The notes under the pieces: generated by a model
Seen by the model: the letters and a program-made list of their open reading frames with translations, nothing else
Database searches by the model: none
What the model was told of the DNA's origin: nothing
Position numbers and translations under genes: made by a program
Shown here: one piece after another, positions 17,765 to 31,227 of the stretch
Layout: each line of letters starts with the position of its first letter
How positions within the stretch are numbered: the stretch's first letter is position 1
Source: Lysobacteraceae bacterium
GTDB lineage: Bacteria; Pseudomonadota; Gammaproteobacteria; Xanthomonadales; BQJN01
Length of the DNA stretch: 64,000 nucleotides
Direction: 5' to 3'
Assembly (NCBI GenBank): GCA_021604725.1
Contig: BQJN01000003.1
Coordinates: 2,416-66,415, forward strand

Positions 17765-17973
17765 TTACTGATCGATTGACTGCCGAGAGCCTTGCGGCCC
17801 GAGGCAAAGAGCACTCACCCACTGCGGTAGAGCAGTGGGAGCAACAGCGCCTCGCCGCCATGTCGCAACAGCAGCGTTTCGACGAGGGGCTGCAGCTGAG
17901 TAGTGTTGCCATGGCCATGCGGAGGCATGCGCCGGACCACCAGCCCATCGGTGGCAAGGTGTTCATTCTTTAG
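17761..17973 (+). CDS. small hypothetical protein coupled to the nucleotidyltransferase gene
   Basis: 70 aa with an ATGA overlap with the upstream gene (17761-17764). No recognisable domain. Confidence 0.35.
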   Translation: MITDRLTAESLAARGKEHSPTAVEQWEQQRLAAMSQQQRFDEGLQLSSVAMAMRRHAPDHQPIGGKVFIL

Positions 17974-18014
17974 CGCAGCTACTTCGAAGCTCAGGAAATA
18001 CCGACCAATCGCCC

Positions 18015-18043
18015 TTGTTCCGCCCCCTGTAGCCCGCTATAAT
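18015..18043 (+). promoter_or_regulatory. candidate sigma70 promoter of the atp operon
   Basis: TTGTTC (18015-18020), a 17-nt spacer, then a perfect TATAAT (18038-18043), about 90 nt upstream of atpI. Confidence 0.35.
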
Positions 18044-18130
18044 CGTCCGGCTCCCTCGCCGGGTTTGTGCTGAAACGGCCGATAGGCTTCTTTAGGCGGC
18101 AATTTTGCGGCCTGTAATTTGTGAAGGTGG

Positions 18131-18529
18131 ATGAGCGTGTTCACATATCAACACGCGCGTCGTTTCGCCTACCGCTTGGCCCTTGTACAAGGGTTGTTTG
18201 CGGTGCTGCCGGCGCCGGGAATCTGGATTCTGTTGGGTGGAAAGTTTGCGTTGGCGTTTGTCGCCGGCGGGCTGGCCACGGCAACTGGCAGCGCCTTGGC
18301 CACATGGTGGGCTTTCGGACGCGGTCAGCAGGCTCCGGGTATCAGCAGTTTGCTGGTGGCCGAGGCATTGAAATTCACGGTTGTGATCGTGGTAGTGGCT
18401 TTGGCCATCGTACGTTGGAAGCTGCCTTTCGGGGCGCTGTTGCTGGGGCTGATTGTGGCTCTGGTCGTGCACTACCTGGCGGGCTTGAAAAGCTCGATCG
18501 CAACGCAAGATAAAGAATTGAAAGATTAA
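18131..18529 (+). CDS. atpI: ATP synthase protein I
   Basis: 132-aa hydrophobic protein with 4 helices, immediately upstream of atpB, in the canonical position. Confidence 0.8.
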   Translation: MSVFTYQHARRFAYRLALVQGLFAVLPAPGIWILLGGKFALAFVAGGLATATGSALATWWAFGRGQQAPGISSLLVAEALKFTVVIVVVALAIVRWKLPFGALLLGLIVALVVHYLAGLKSSIATQDKELKD

Positions 18530-19393
<864 letters not shown>

Positions 19394-19458
19394 GATTTTT
19401 GGTGGCCGCAATAATGCGACCATGTTGAGTTTTGTTTTTTGATATTGATCTGGCTTAA

Positions 19459-19725
<267 letters not shown>

Positions 19726-19805
19726 GTAGATCCCATCGACGACTTACCCGGGGTTGACTGTAGTTGGCTCCGGACAGGTTTTGACCGAAACGACGAGGTG
19801 ACGGT

Positions 19806-20276
19806 GTGAATTTCAATCTGACATTAATCGGACAATCGATCGCGATGATCGTGTTCGTCTGGTTCTGCATGAAATACATCTGGCCACCGATGATTGCAGC
19901 TTTAGAAGAGCGCAAGCAGAAAGTGGCAGACGGTATTGCAGCCGGCGAACGTGGTCAGCATGAGTTGGAACTGGCGCAAAGCCGAGCAACCGAGCTTCTG
20001 AAAGAAGCCCGCGCGCAAGCGGCACAGATTCGCGAGCAGGCCAACCAGCAGGCGGTCCACATCAAGGATCAGGCCAAAGTCGACGCAGTTGCAGAACGCG
20101 AGCGTCAACTGACGGCAGCACAAGCTGAGATCGAGCAAGAGGCGTCTCGTACCAAAGAGGCGTTGCGCACTCAGGTGGCAGCATTGGCAGTGGCAGGCGC
20201 GGAGCAATTGCTCAAGCGCGAAGTCAACGCTGATGCGCACCAGGATCTGCTCGACAAACTCGCTGCGGAAATCTGA
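19806..20276 (+). CDS. atpF: F0F1 ATP synthase subunit b
   Basis: 156 aa with a GTG start. One N-terminal TM ([12 protein letters not shown]) and a long charged coiled coil. Confidence 0.9.
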   Translation: MNFNLTLIGQSIAMIVFVWFCMKYIWPPMIAALEERKQKVADGIAAGERGQHELELAQSRATELLKEARAQAAQIREQANQQAVHIKDQAKVDAVAERERQLTAAQAEIEQEASRTKEALRTQVAALAVAGAEQLLKREVNADAHQDLLDKLAAEI

Positions 20277-20278
20277 TC

Positions 20279-20809
20279 ATGAGCGAACTGTCCACACTGG
20301 CTCGACCCTATGCTCGAGCCGTTTTTGAACTCGCTCGCGACCGTGATGCTTTGGCCAATTGGCACGAAGCGATGGTCTTGTGCGCCGCCATGGCGGCTGA
20401 TGATCGCGTACGTGATCTGCTGACCAATCCAGCAGTTTCACGTGAGCAACGTCAGTCGATCTTCGTTGGCGCCTCTGAGCAGCCCGAGGGTTTCGACAAC
20501 TTCATCGCTGTGCTTTCAGCCAACGATCGTCTGGTGTTGTTACCCATCATCGTAGAAGAGTTCGCCACGCTGCGGGCCGACCATGAGCGCACGCTCACGG
20601 TAACGGTTCAGTCGGCGTTGCCTTTGTCGGACTCGCAGCGAGCACAGATCGCTGAAGCGATGAGCCGGCGCACCGGCAGAAGTGTAGAGCTCGACGAGAC
20701 AGTCGACGAGTCGCTGATTGGCGGCGTACGTATTCTCGCTGGCGACGAGGTCATTGACGGTTCACTGCGCGGACGGCTGGAACGGCTCGGTTCAGCGCTC
20801 AACCAATAA
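20279..20809 (+). CDS. atpH: F0F1 ATP synthase subunit delta
   Basis: 176 aa. N-terminal LARPYARAVFELA (OSCP family), in the expected operon position. Confidence 0.9.
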   Translation: MSELSTLARPYARAVFELARDRDALANWHEAMVLCAAMAADDRVRDLLTNPAVSREQRQSIFVGASEQPEGFDNFIAVLSANDRLVLLPIIVEEFATLRADHERTLTVTVQSALPLSDSQRAQIAEAMSRRTGRSVELDETVDESLIGGVRILAGDEVIDGSLRGRLERLGSALNQ

Positions 20810-20827
20810 GCACCAAGGTTTTTTGAC

Positions 20828-22375
20828 ATGCAAACGACACTCAATCCATCGGAAATCAGCGAGCTGATTCGTTCTCGAATCGAGAACTTCAAAGTTGAAT
20901 CCGAAGCCCGTAACCAGGGCACAGTGGTCTCCGTCTCTGACGGTATCGCTCGCATCCACGGCTTGGCCGAGGTAATGCAGGGTGAAATGATCGAATTCCC
21001 CGGCGACACCTTTGGTCTCGCTCTTAACCTCGAGCGCGATTCGGTCGGTGCCGTAATCCTCGGCGCTTACGATCACATCGCCGAAGGCGACAAGGTCAAG
21101 TGTACCGGTCGTATTCTCGAAGTGCCGGTAGGCCCCGAGATGATGGGTCGCGTAGTAGACGCTTTGGGTAACCCAATCGACGGCGCTGGCCCGATTGACA
21201 CCAAGCTGACTGCGCCCATCGAGCAGGTCGCTCCTGGTGTAATTACACGCCAATCGGTAGACGAGCCAGTACAAACTGGTCTGAAGTCGATCGACGCCAT
21301 GGTGCCTGTTGGTCGCGGCCAGCGTGAGCTGATCATTGGTGACCGCCAAACCGGTAAGACCGCCGTTGCCGTTGATGCCATCATCAACCAGAAAGGCACC
21401 GGCATTAAGTGTATCTATGTGGCCATCGGCCAGAAGCGTTCATCGGTGGCTGCCGTTGTTCGCAAGCTGGAAGAGCACGGCGCGCTGGAGCACACCATCA
21501 TCGTTGCTGCCACCGCCTCTGACTCTGCGGCCTCCCAGTACATTGCTCCTTATGCTGGTTGTGCCATGGGCGAGTACTTCCGTGATCGCGGCCAGGATGC
21601 GCTGATTATTTATGATGATTTGACCAAGCAGGCTTGGGCTTACCGTCAGATGTCACTTTTGCTGCGTCGTCCGCCAGGCCGTGAAGCTTACCCGGGTGAT
21701 GTTTTCTACCTGCACTCTCGCTTGCTCGAGCGCGCGGCGCGAATCAATGCTGACTACGTCGAGAAGCTGACCAATGGCGAAGTGAAAGGCAAGACCGGTT
21801 CTCTGACCGCATTGCCGATCATTGAGACCCAGGCTGGCGACGTTTCGGCCTTCGTTCCGACCAACGTGATCTCAATCACCGATGGTCAGATCTTCCTGGA
21901 GACTGACCTGTTCAACGCGGGTATCCGACCGGCTATCAACGCTGGTTTGTCGGTATCTCGTGTTGGTGGTTCAGCACAGACCAAGATCATCAAGAAGCTG
22001 GGTGGCGGCGTTCGTTTGGCCCTGGCTCAGTACCGAGAGCTGGCAGCCTTTGCTCAGTTCGCCTCTGATCTTGATGAGACGACGCGTAAGCAGCTGGAGC
22101 GCGGACAACGTGTAACCGAGCTGATGAAGCAGGCGCAGTACAGCCCGATGAGCGTGTCAGAGATGGCCGTTTCATTGTATGCCGTTGATCGCGGTTACTT
22201 CGATGATGTCGAACTGAATCAAGTGTTGGCCTTCGAGGCCGCGCTGATTGAGCACATGAAGGCCAACGAAGCGGCTTTGATGAAGAAAATCGACGATACC
22301 GGTGCCTGGAATGATGAGATCGAAGCGAGCCTGAAGGCTGGTGTCGAGAGCTTCAAAAAGACCGGTTCCTGGTAA
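20828..22375 (+). CDS. atpA: F0F1 ATP synthase subunit alpha
   Basis: 515 aa. Walker A GDRQTGKT, plus [11 protein letters not shown] and [21 protein letters not shown]. Confidence 0.98.
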   Translation: MQTTLNPSEISELIRSRIENFKVESEARNQGTVVSVSDGIARIHGLAEVMQGEMIEFPGDTFGLALNLERDSVGAVILGAYDHIAEGDKVKCTGRILEVPVGPEMMGRVVDALGNPIDGAGPIDTKLTAPIEQVAPGVITRQSVDEPVQTGLKSIDAMVPVGRGQRELIIGDRQTGKTAVAVDAIINQKGTGIKCIYVAIGQKRSSVAAVVRKLEEHGALEHTIIVAATASDSAASQYIAPYAGCAMGEYFRDRGQDALIIYDDLTKQAWAYRQMSLLLRRPPGREAYPGDVFYLHSRLLERAARINADYVEKLTNGEVKGKTGSLTALPIIETQAGDVSAFVPTNVISITDGQIFLETDLFNAGIRPAINAGLSVSRVGGSAQTKIIKKLGGGVRLALAQYRELAAFAQFASDLDETTRKQLERGQRVTELMKQAQYSPMSVSEMAVSLYAVDRGYFDDVELNQVLAFEAALIEHMKANEAALMKKIDDTGAWNDEIEASLKAGVESFKKTGSW

Positions 22376-22387
22376 GAGGTCAAGCTG

Positions 22388-23251
22388 ATGGCTGGCGCAA
22401 GAGAAATTCGCACCAAGATCAAGAGTGTTCAAAACACTCGAAAGGTCACCAGTGCACTGGAAATGGTCTCGGCGAGCAAGATTCGCAAAGCCCAGGACCT
22501 GATGAGTGCATCTCGGCCTTACGCCAAGATGATGAAACAGGTGATTGGTCACCTCGCAGCAGCAACACCTGAGTATCGTCATCCGTTCATGACGGAGCGA
22601 GAAGAGGTTAAGCGAGTGGGCTTTATTGTCATCTCGTCTGATCGCGGCTTGTGTGGCGGCCTCAACGGCAGTTTGTTCAAGGCCATTCTGGCCGAGATGA
22701 GAGCGTGGCAAGACAAAGGTGCTGAGATTGATGTGGTCTGTGTTGGTGCCAAAGCCATCCAGTACTTCAAACGTCTGAAGGTGAACATTGTCAGCACCGC
22801 ATCGCATCTCGGTGAGAAGCCGCAGGTCTCGGATCTGATTGGTGTGATCAAGGTCATGCTGGATGATTACATGGATGGCAAGGTTGATCGCGTCACGCTG
22901 GCGTATAACAATTTTGTCAATACCATGACCCAGAAGCCGACGTTGGACGCCTTGTTGCCATTGCCCGAAGGTGATGATGACGAGGTCAAGAACAACTGGG
23001 ATTACCTGTATGAGCCCGAGGCACAGGTCGTACTGGATGAGGTATTGGTCCGTTACGTCGAGTCATTGGTGTATCAGGCGGTGGTCGAGAACTTGGCCAG
23101 TGAGCACGCCGCGCGAATGGTCGCCATGAAGGCTGCCACCGATAACGCCGGCGATCTGATCAATGATTTGCAGCTGGTCTACAACAAGGCCCGTCAGGCA
23201 GCGATCACCCAGGAAATTTCGGAAATTGTCAGCGGTGCCGCAGCGGTTTAG
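22388..23251 (+). CDS. atpG: F0F1 ATP synthase subunit gamma
   Basis: 287 aa. N-terminal [25 protein letters not shown] and C-terminal [19 protein letters not shown]. Confidence 0.95.
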   Translation: MAGAREIRTKIKSVQNTRKVTSALEMVSASKIRKAQDLMSASRPYAKMMKQVIGHLAAATPEYRHPFMTEREEVKRVGFIVISSDRGLCGGLNGSLFKAILAEMRAWQDKGAEIDVVCVGAKAIQYFKRLKVNIVSTASHLGEKPQVSDLIGVIKVMLDDYMDGKVDRVTLAYNNFVNTMTQKPTLDALLPLPEGDDDEVKNNWDYLYEPEAQVVLDEVLVRYVESLVYQAVVENLASEHAARMVAMKAATDNAGDLINDLQLVYNKARQAAITQEISEIVSGAAAV

Positions 23252-23276
23252 CGCGGCGTCGTTCAAATGAATTTGA

Positions 23277-24686
<1,410 letters not shown>

Positions 24687-24701
24687 GCGGGTAGACACAC
24701 T

Positions 24702-25127
24702 ATGGCTATGACTTTGCACTGCGATATCGTAAGCGCAGAACAGCAGATTTTCTCCGGGACCGTCACAGGCGTGTTCGCGACCGGAGAAATGGGCGAGCTC
24801 GGCATCATGCCGCGCCACGCTCAGCTGATCACTCGGCTGAAGCCGGGGCATGTTCGCGTTACTCTGCAGCACGATGAAGACGAGTTCTATTACGTCTCAG
24901 GCGGCATCCTGGAAGTCCAACCTCACGTTGTGACGGTCCTGGCCGATACCGCGATTCGCGGTGAAGACCTTGACGAAGAGGCTGCACGCCAGGCCAAAGA
25001 AGAGGCCGAGCGAGAGCTGTCTGATCGAGCTGGCGAGATGGACATTGCACAAGCCCAGGCGAGACTGGCCGAGGCCAATGCTCAATTGCAGGCTTTGTCA
25101 CGACTGAAGAAAAACCTGAAGCGGTAA
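24702..25127 (+). CDS. atpC: F0F1 ATP synthase subunit epsilon
   Basis: 141 aa. [15 protein letters not shown] beta-sandwich start and a C-terminal helical hairpin. Last gene of the operon. Confidence 0.95.
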   Translation: MAMTLHCDIVSAEQQIFSGTVTGVFATGEMGELGIMPRHAQLITRLKPGHVRVTLQHDEDEFYYVSGGILEVQPHVVTVLADTAIRGEDLDEEAARQAKEEAERELSDRAGEMDIAQAQARLAEANAQLQALSRLKKNLKR

Positions 25128-25220
25128 AGCCGCTTCTAGGGAGCCAAGCCTCGATCGCGAATTGCTCTGCAGGCCAGAGCCATACTCGCATTAATCAGAG
25201 CTTCCCGAGGTCAAGACCCG

Positions 25221-25261
25221 CGCCTCGGCGTCCTTATCGGATGCCGGGGCGTTCTTGTTTT
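25221..25261 (+). terminator. intrinsic terminator of the atp operon
   Basis: 13-bp stem (25221-25233 with 25239-25251, two G-U pairs), loop TTATC, followed by TTCTTGTTTT. Its 3' end (position 25261) overlaps by 1 nt the stop codon of the convergent decarboxylase gene. Confidence 0.6.
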
Positions 25262-26664
25262 CAGCGGCCGATAAGCCATTGCTCAATCCAGTCCAACAGC
25301 GACTCTACGGTGTCTGGCGTAGTCGATGCAGACATAAAGGTCAGTCGCAAGTAACGACGGCCATGAATCTCGGCCGATGTAATGTGAAATCTCCCATCTC
25401 GCAGCAGGGCATCGCGAATCGCCACTTGATCTGCGTCCGAGCCCGGTGCCCTGAAACACAAAATGTTGGACTCAGGTTGATACGGGCACTCGAATCCGGG
25501 CCGTTGTGATATTGCCTGATGGGCTTGGCTGGCGAGCGCGACGCGACTATCAAGATACCGAGCAAGATTGGTTTCGCCACCGGCTGCCAAAGCCAGGAAG
25601 GTTTTCAACCCCATCGGCGATTTGGTGCACTCAACCGCGCGCCCAAGGTAATCGACCCCGTTACGCTCATGATCGTAGAACAGGTAACTGGCTTCCTGCT
25701 GGAAGGCGTGATTGAAGGACTCGGCGTCTTTGAATAAAACGGCAGCGGCCAATGCCGATGTTCGCATCATCTTGTGAGCATCCCAGACCACGGAATCGGC
25801 ACGGTCAATGCCGTCAAGCAGGTGCCTGGTCTGTTCAGACACCAGGAAGCTGGCACCATGACAACCATCGACATGTAACCACGTACCGTGTTTCTCACAC
25901 AGCGTGGCGACCTGCGCAATCGGATCAAACAAGCCCGTGGTCGTAGCGCACGCATTGACGACCACCGCCATGACGCGTTTGCCTTCGTCCTTGGCACGCT
26001 CGATCAGGCTCTCCACGCTTTCACTGAGCAGGCGCTGTTCCTGATCGACGCTGGCTGCCCAAACCTGATTGCTGCCAAGGCCAATAATGCTCACAGCGCG
26101 GGCCACCGAGTAGTGGGTGCTTGCTGGCGCTATGACTACCAAATCGCCGGGTGTGCCTTCGGTCCAGGCTTTTGGTGCGATACGCCCTCTGGCAGCCAGT
26201 AGCGCGGTCAAGTTGGCCAATGAGCCACCGTGGGTCAGTACGCCAGCGCTTTTTGAACGACACCAAGCAATTTTCTCCATCATCCACTCGAGAACGACGG
26301 TTTCCAGGACCGTCGCGCTGGGTCCCATCTCATAGATGGAACCCGGGTTATTGATGACGCCATGGATGAAGTCACCGAACGCAGTGGCGGTCTCAACGCT
26401 GCCTACCTGATGGCCCATGTAACCGGGGTGGTGCAAATGGGTCGTATCGCTGAGAACTGCAGACACAAACTCGGAAAACTGTTGATCGGACGCAAAGCCA
26501 TCACGAAGCAGCCGACCAGCTTGCAGCGAGCCTCTTACATCGCTCATTGGACGGTTACTGACTGCCGGCCCCAGCCCTTGGTAGCCTTGGTCGATGTAGC
26601 GCGCCAACTGCTCGGCGACTTCGGCGGCGCGTTTGCGGAACAGGCTAGCTTCTGGTGTGTCCAA
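25261..26664 (-). CDS. pyridoxal-phosphate-dependent (group II) amino-acid decarboxylase family protein
   Basis: 467 aa. HPGYMGHQV, GGSLANLTALLAAR, HVDGCHGASF, and DAHKMM (PLP lysine). Confidence 0.85.
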   Translation of the reverse strand: MDTPEASLFRKRAAEVAEQLARYIDQGYQGLGPAVSNRPMSDVRGSLQAGRLLRDGFASDQQFSEFVSAVLSDTTHLHHPGYMGHQVGSVETATAFGDFIHGVINNPGSIYEMGPSATVLETVVLEWMMEKIAWCRSKSAGVLTHGGSLANLTALLAARGRIAPKAWTEGTPGDLVVIAPASTHYSVARAVSIIGLGSNQVWAASVDQEQRLLSESVESLIERAKDEGKRVMAVVVNACATTTGLFDPIAQVATLCEKHGTWLHVDGCHGASFLVSEQTRHLLDGIDRADSVVWDAHKMMRTSALAAAVLFKDAESFNHAFQQEASYLFYDHERNGVDYLGRAVECTKSPMGLKTFLALAAGGETNLARYLDSRVALASQAHQAISQRPGFECPYQPESNILCFRAPGSDADQVAIRDALLRDGRFHITSAEIHGRRYLRLTFMSASTTPDTVESLLDWIEQWLIGR

Positions 26665-26678
26665 AGCAGTGACCTCGG

Positions 26679-27101
26679 CTAGTGAGTGAAAACGGACCAG
26701 GCCGCCAACAGGGTCATAAGAAACAGAATCACCACCGAAAAAATAAACATCCGACGACGCAAGGGCACGAAGTTGGAGCCCAGGTGCACGTATGCGTGAA
26801 CAACCCTAAGGGCGACAAACGACCACGCCAGAACCTGCGCAGCGATGCCGGTGTTGCCCAACAGGTACAGCACCACCACCAGAACATAGAACAGCAACGG
26901 CGACTCGAACTGGTTGCGAATATTGTTGTTGATTTTGGCCACACTGTCAGGCCAGGCATCATCGTGTAGGGCTGCTCGCTTCAAATCAACGCCTCCCGCC
27001 AGATAAGCCTTTTTCTTGGCAGCAGCCAAAGCAAAGTAGACAACAATGGTGAGCACGATTTGAATAATTACTGGTAGGAAGATGTAATGAGGAGGCAGCA
27101 T
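26679..27101 (-). CDS. MAPEG family membrane protein
   Basis: 140 aa with 4 TM helices. IRNQFESPLLFY and RVVHAYVHL blocks are typical of MAPEG proteins. Confidence 0.7.
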   Translation of the reverse strand: MLPPHYIFLPVIIQIVLTIVVYFALAAAKKKAYLAGGVDLKRAALHDDAWPDSVAKINNNIRNQFESPLLFYVLVVVLYLLGNTGIAAQVLAWSFVALRVVHAYVHLGSNFVPLRRRMFIFSVVILFLMTLLAAWSVFTH

Positions 27102-27243
27102 GTCGATGATCCGTAAGGGGCGAGAAAACCGATTATAGGTTACCTAAGCCCCTGAGCGGATTCACAATCGCTGCCATCGTCTGAAGAGAGAACATTGAAC
27201 GTTTATGGTCGACCCAAGGCGGGCACGGCGACTCAGAGCATGC

Positions 27244-28671
27244 TCAATTGAACTGAGGCGGTGGCAGCTGCAAGCGGCTGATGCCGGCCTTGCCGTTGGC
27301 CAGGAAGCCCTTGATGGCTGTAGTCACTTCCGGTGCGACCATAAACAGGTCATGGCCGGCGTTTTCGATGACCAGTTGCTGCGCATTCGCAAACTGCGCC
27401 ATGACTTCGGCATGCGCTTCGGGAAAGGTTCGGCCATCCAGCGTGCCGGTCAGGAAAAGGGCCGGTACCTCGGTCTTGAACGGTGCCCGAAAAGATTCAC
27501 CTAGATCTGGTACGGATGGAAATTGCTCGATCAGATGTGGCATTGGGTAGTTCATGAAGTCGCCCATAATCGCGGTTTTGGCTTGTTCGTTGACCAGCGC
27601 CAGTCGCTGGCTCGAAATACCTGAGGCGACGTCCATGGCCGTCGACATCGCACCAAACCCGGTGGGACTGGCGTAGACCAGCTGATAAACACCCATCGCA
27701 ACCGGATCAAAATGTCCCGCATCCAGAGCCGCATAGGTGGCAGGCAGGTTGGCGATATTGCTTGGGTTCTTGGTAAGAAAGAATGCCGTGTAGAAGCGAA
27801 TTACTGTGCTGTCGAAGCTGATGTCCACTGGCTCGGAGTGTCCCTGCGGGATGATGGAAACGGTGACCGGCTGTTGGTCTAGTTTGGTCAGTACACGGCG
27901 CATTGTGTTCACCAAATCCGGATAGCGGTCAACCGCGCCTGCCGCAACCACGGCTTGTTCTACTCGCGCAAAAAACTGATCCGCATGCGCAGGCAGTTTC
28001 ACCGTCTGATCAAGCCCTTCGGCGCTGGCCAAGACTACTCGTTCGATTCGATCGGGCATCGCCTTCAGTGCTGCCAACGCAAGATGCGTACCGTAGCTGA
28101 TGCCCCACAAGTTGAGTTTCTCGGCACCGAGCTCCTTCCTTAGGATTTCCAGATCCCGTGCACTCTGCCAAGTGGTATACGCGGACAGGTCGACGCCTTC
28201 AGCTTGCCATTTGTTGTGACAGTATTTCGCACTTTCCGATGCGTAGTTGAGCCAGTTTTCGCGATTGATTGCCAGTCCGGCCGGGAACGGCTGTGCTGCT
28301 CGGCAGCCCATTGGCGGGTTGGAAAGCCCGGTGCCGCGCTGATCAAATGCAATCACGTCTGCTACCTCGCGCAAGGCCATGAACAGACTGAAGCGAGCGC
28401 CCTTAGCGGTGCCTGTCCCGGAACCCCCCGGTCCACCGGCCAAATATACGATGGGGTGACCCGGGTTTGGGTTTGTTGATGGAAAGCGGACGAACCCCAA
28501 ATCCAGCGAGCCACGGTTGGCATCTTCATGGTGTGCTGGAACGTTGAAGCGCCCGAGTTCTGCCGCGACCGGCTCCTGACCGCGCGCCTCGAAATTGTAA
28601 GGCTCGATGGTCAGTTCAGCCGAAGCAATACCCGACACCAGTGCCAAAGCGGGAAATAGACGATACAACAC
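27244..28671 (-). CDS. secreted alpha/beta hydrolase, S33 prolyl/tripeptidyl aminopeptidase-like
   Basis: Signal peptide. YLAGGPGGSG oxyanion region, nucleophile elbow WGISYGT, and C-terminal NAGHD. Confidence 0.8.
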   Translation of the reverse strand: MLYRLFPALALVSGIASAELTIEPYNFEARGQEPVAAELGRFNVPAHHEDANRGSLDLGFVRFPSTNPNPGHPIVYLAGGPGGSGTGTAKGARFSLFMALREVADVIAFDQRGTGLSNPPMGCRAAQPFPAGLAINRENWLNYASESAKYCHNKWQAEGVDLSAYTTWQSARDLEILRKELGAEKLNLWGISYGTHLALAALKAMPDRIERVVLASAEGLDQTVKLPAHADQFFARVEQAVVAAGAVDRYPDLVNTMRRVLTKLDQQPVTVSIIPQGHSEPVDISFDSTVIRFYTAFFLTKNPSNIANLPATYAALDAGHFDPVAMGVYQLVYASPTGFGAMSTAMDVASGISSQRLALVNEQAKTAIMGDFMNYPMPHLIEQFPSVPDLGESFRAPFKTEVPALFLTGTLDGRTFPEAHAEVMAQFANAQQLVIENAGHDLFMVAPEVTTAIKGFLANGKAGISRLQLPPPQFN

Positions 28672-28810
28672 AGCGGACCTCTCATAGGATTGACGTGAGC
28701 ATCCACATTAGAGTCCAGCCTCCGGGCAACACCAGAACACATCGGTCAGCATCTCACCACCACGGGTCAAGCGCTCATGGTGCCGCCAGCGGTTCTGCTA
28801 ATCTGCAAGC

Positions 28811-30529
28811 ATGCTGAAGCACCTGACAGGACTCACTTTCATCTTTTTCGCGTTTTACGGTCAGCCCTTATTGGCCCAGGGGCCACCTATCGGCTACCTT
28901 GGGGATTGCGCTGTAGAGAAGGGCGACAATCCCGCCTTTAGGTCGCCAAAGTTTGACGATGCCACCTGGAGAGTTCGGCCATGGCAAGAACTGAAGTTCT
29001 CGGCTGATGTCCATTGGTTACGTTGCCGTGTGAATGTGACGGACGGATGGGATCGCGATCGGACTCCCATCGGATTGTTCCTCAACGGCGCGTTTTCCGC
29101 AGAGGTGTGGTGGGATGGGCAGCCCATTGGCAACAAAGGATCGGTTGGTACATCTCCTGACCTCGAGCTGGCCGGGCCCCAGGATGCAGTCCTTTTTGTG
29201 CCACCGAACCTCCTAAAGGCCGGCCGGCACGTCATCGCACTTCGCGTATCGGCGCAACACGCCGGCTGGCGTATTAACACTCCAATCGACGGGCTGTATC
29301 TGGCGCGCTACAAGGCGGCTTCAGCCAAGCTGCAGGCGCATTATCGGTGGACCTTATGGATAGGCGGGGCCTTGATGTTGGCCACGCTTGTAGTGCTCGC
29401 CATGGGCGTTGGTTTGCGCGATCGGGCTTTCATGTACTTGGGCCTGGCCACCCTTGGCACCTTGGCCCAGCTGGGCTTTGAGGTGTCGCGAGCCTTCATC
29501 AGCTATGACTACTCGTGGCATGCCATACGTTTGCTTGGGGTTTCAAGCTCAGCGGCAGTCGCCGGCTTTGGCTTCCTGTCTTACCTTTGCTGTCGCTTTC
29601 GTCAACCACTTTGGATCACCATTCCATTGCTTGTGACCAGCGCCGCGGCGTTGGTCCTGGTGCCAATCCTCGACATCATAACTGTCATTGTGATCGCAAC
29701 GACGCTCTTTCTTGGCATGGTCGTTAGCCTGCGTGCCTGGTGGTCTGGGCAGGTTGACGCGCGCATCTCGTTGTTTGCGCTTCTGGCCATGGCTGTACTG
29801 TTGGCGATGGACCTCAATCAGTTCCTGGATACCGGGCTGTTTATCGGCTTTGCAATGCTGCTGTTGGTGTTTTTCGCCGATCACACCAGAGCTGTGGTGC
29901 GAACCCGAAGGCGAGCCGAGCAAGCGGCACGTACGGCATCAAGATTGGAGCTTGAGTTGCTGAAACGACACCTGCGGCCACATTTTTTGATGAATACTTT
30001 GACGTCCTTGAGTGAGTGGGTAGAGACCTCACCCGAGGTCGGCGTTCGTATGATCGAGGCGCTGTCGGCAGAGTTTCAGATTCTTGACCGCGTCGCTCGT
30101 CAAACCCTGATTGCCTTGTCAGAGGAGATTGATCTGTGTCAGCGGCATTTGGCGATTATGGGCTTTCGCCACGACCGCGTGTTCACACTGAGTGCGCCCG
30201 AACCTGTTCCCGCAATCATGGTGCCGCCCGCGGTACTGCACACCCTGGTCGAGAACGCGGTGACGCATGGCAGTTACCGTGATGACGCCGAGCTTAAGTT
30301 GTCGATAACGATGGGCGCAGAGAGCGTGACCATGCGGCTCACAGCGCCCCCAGGTCAGCAACCGGTTGCCGATGATTTCAACGAGGGTACCGGACTCTCC
30401 TACGTTCGTGCTCGCCTTGCCGAGGCATTCGGCGCGCAATGGGAGCTTGAATCTGGCCCCAGCGCCGACCAGGGCTGGCTCACGGTAATCACCATCCCGG
30501 CCGTTTTGGTTGACGGTGAGCGGCCATGA
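28811..30529 (+). CDS. sensor histidine kinase, LytS/YehU (His_kinase PF06580-type) with extracellular domain and 7 TM helices
   Basis: Signal peptide plus a ~170-aa extracytoplasmic domain, then a block of about 7 TM helices. LRPHFLMNTLTSL (phospho-His region) and HATPase block VLHTLVENAVTHG. Confidence 0.85.
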   Translation: MLKHLTGLTFIFFAFYGQPLLAQGPPIGYLGDCAVEKGDNPAFRSPKFDDATWRVRPWQELKFSADVHWLRCRVNVTDGWDRDRTPIGLFLNGAFSAEVWWDGQPIGNKGSVGTSPDLELAGPQDAVLFVPPNLLKAGRHVIALRVSAQHAGWRINTPIDGLYLARYKAASAKLQAHYRWTLWIGGALMLATLVVLAMGVGLRDRAFMYLGLATLGTLAQLGFEVSRAFISYDYSWHAIRLLGVSSSAAVAGFGFLSYLCCRFRQPLWITIPLLVTSAAALVLVPILDIITVIVIATTLFLGMVVSLRAWWSGQVDARISLFALLAMAVLLAMDLNQFLDTGLFIGFAMLLLVFFADHTRAVVRTRRRAEQAARTASRLELELLKRHLRPHFLMNTLTSLSEWVETSPEVGVRMIEALSAEFQILDRVARQTLIALSEEIDLCQRHLAIMGFRHDRVFTLSAPEPVPAIMVPPAVLHTLVENAVTHGSYRDDAELKLSITMGAESVTMRLTAPPGQQPVADDFNEGTGLSYVRARLAEAFGAQWELESGPSADQGWLTVITIPAVLVDGERP

Positions 30530-31227
30530 ACATCCTGATCGTCGAAGATGAGGCCGTGGTGGCCCGTCGCTTGTGCCGCATGGTCGCCAGTTGTCTGCAC
30601 ATCACGCCACGGGACGTGGTCATGAAGCAGTCACTGGCGGAGGCGCGTTTGTGGTTAAGTGAGCAACGGGCCGATGTCCTTTTTCTCGATTTGAATCTGG
30701 CCGGTCAGGATGGCTTTGACCTTCTTGCCGAGGCGGTGGCCGGCCCACAACATACCATTGTCGTCTCGGCCAATACCGATCGGGCAATGGAGGCGTTTGA
30801 ATACGGCGTGCTGGACTTTATTGGCAAGCCATTTGACATCGAGCGGGTAGGCAAGGCACTCCAACGTTTGCATACCAATACCGCACCGCATGAGCGCTTG
30901 CGCTTCCTCACGGTACGTGGCCACAAGGGGTTGGAACGCATACCGATCAAGCAGATTATCGCCATTCACGGTGCCGGCGATTATGCCGAATTGGAATTGG
31001 CTGATGGGCGTCGCTTGTTGCACGACAAATCACTGACCCGCTTGGCGCAAATTCTGCCGAAAGACTTTCGCCGCATCCACCGCTCACATATCCTCAGGGT
31101 GGATCAGGTTCGACATTTTCAGTGTCAGCCCGGCAGTCGCTATGTGGTTGAACTGCGCAATGGCGATACCCTGCCGGTCGGTCGTAAGCGAGCCGCCGAG
31201 CTGCGAGATTGGCTCAATTCAGTTTGA
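30526..31227 (+). CDS. LytR/AlgR family response regulator (receiver + LytTR DNA-binding domain)
   Basis: ILIVEDE...VLFLDLNL receiver domain. C-terminal LytTR domain (IIAIHGAGDYAELEL...FRRIHRSHILRVDQV). ATGA overlap with the kinase gene. Confidence 0.9.
   Translation: MNILIVEDEAVVARRLCRMVASCLHITPRDVVMKQSLAEARLWLSEQRADVLFLDLNLAGQDGFDLLAEAVAGPQHTIVVSANTDRAMEAFEYGVLDFIGKPFDIERVGKALQRLHTNTAPHERLRFLTVRGHKGLERIPIKQIIAIHGAGDYAELELADGRRLLHDKSLTRLAQILPKDFRRIHRSHILRVDQVRHFQCQPGSRYVVELRNGDTLPVGRKRAAELRDWLNSV

Noticed and set aside
17761-17973. Calling the 70-aa ORF a HEPN toxin because of an R-x4-H string (RHAPDH)
   Set aside because: It is far shorter than a HEPN domain, and a single short motif occurs by chance. 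I leave it as a hypothetical protein.
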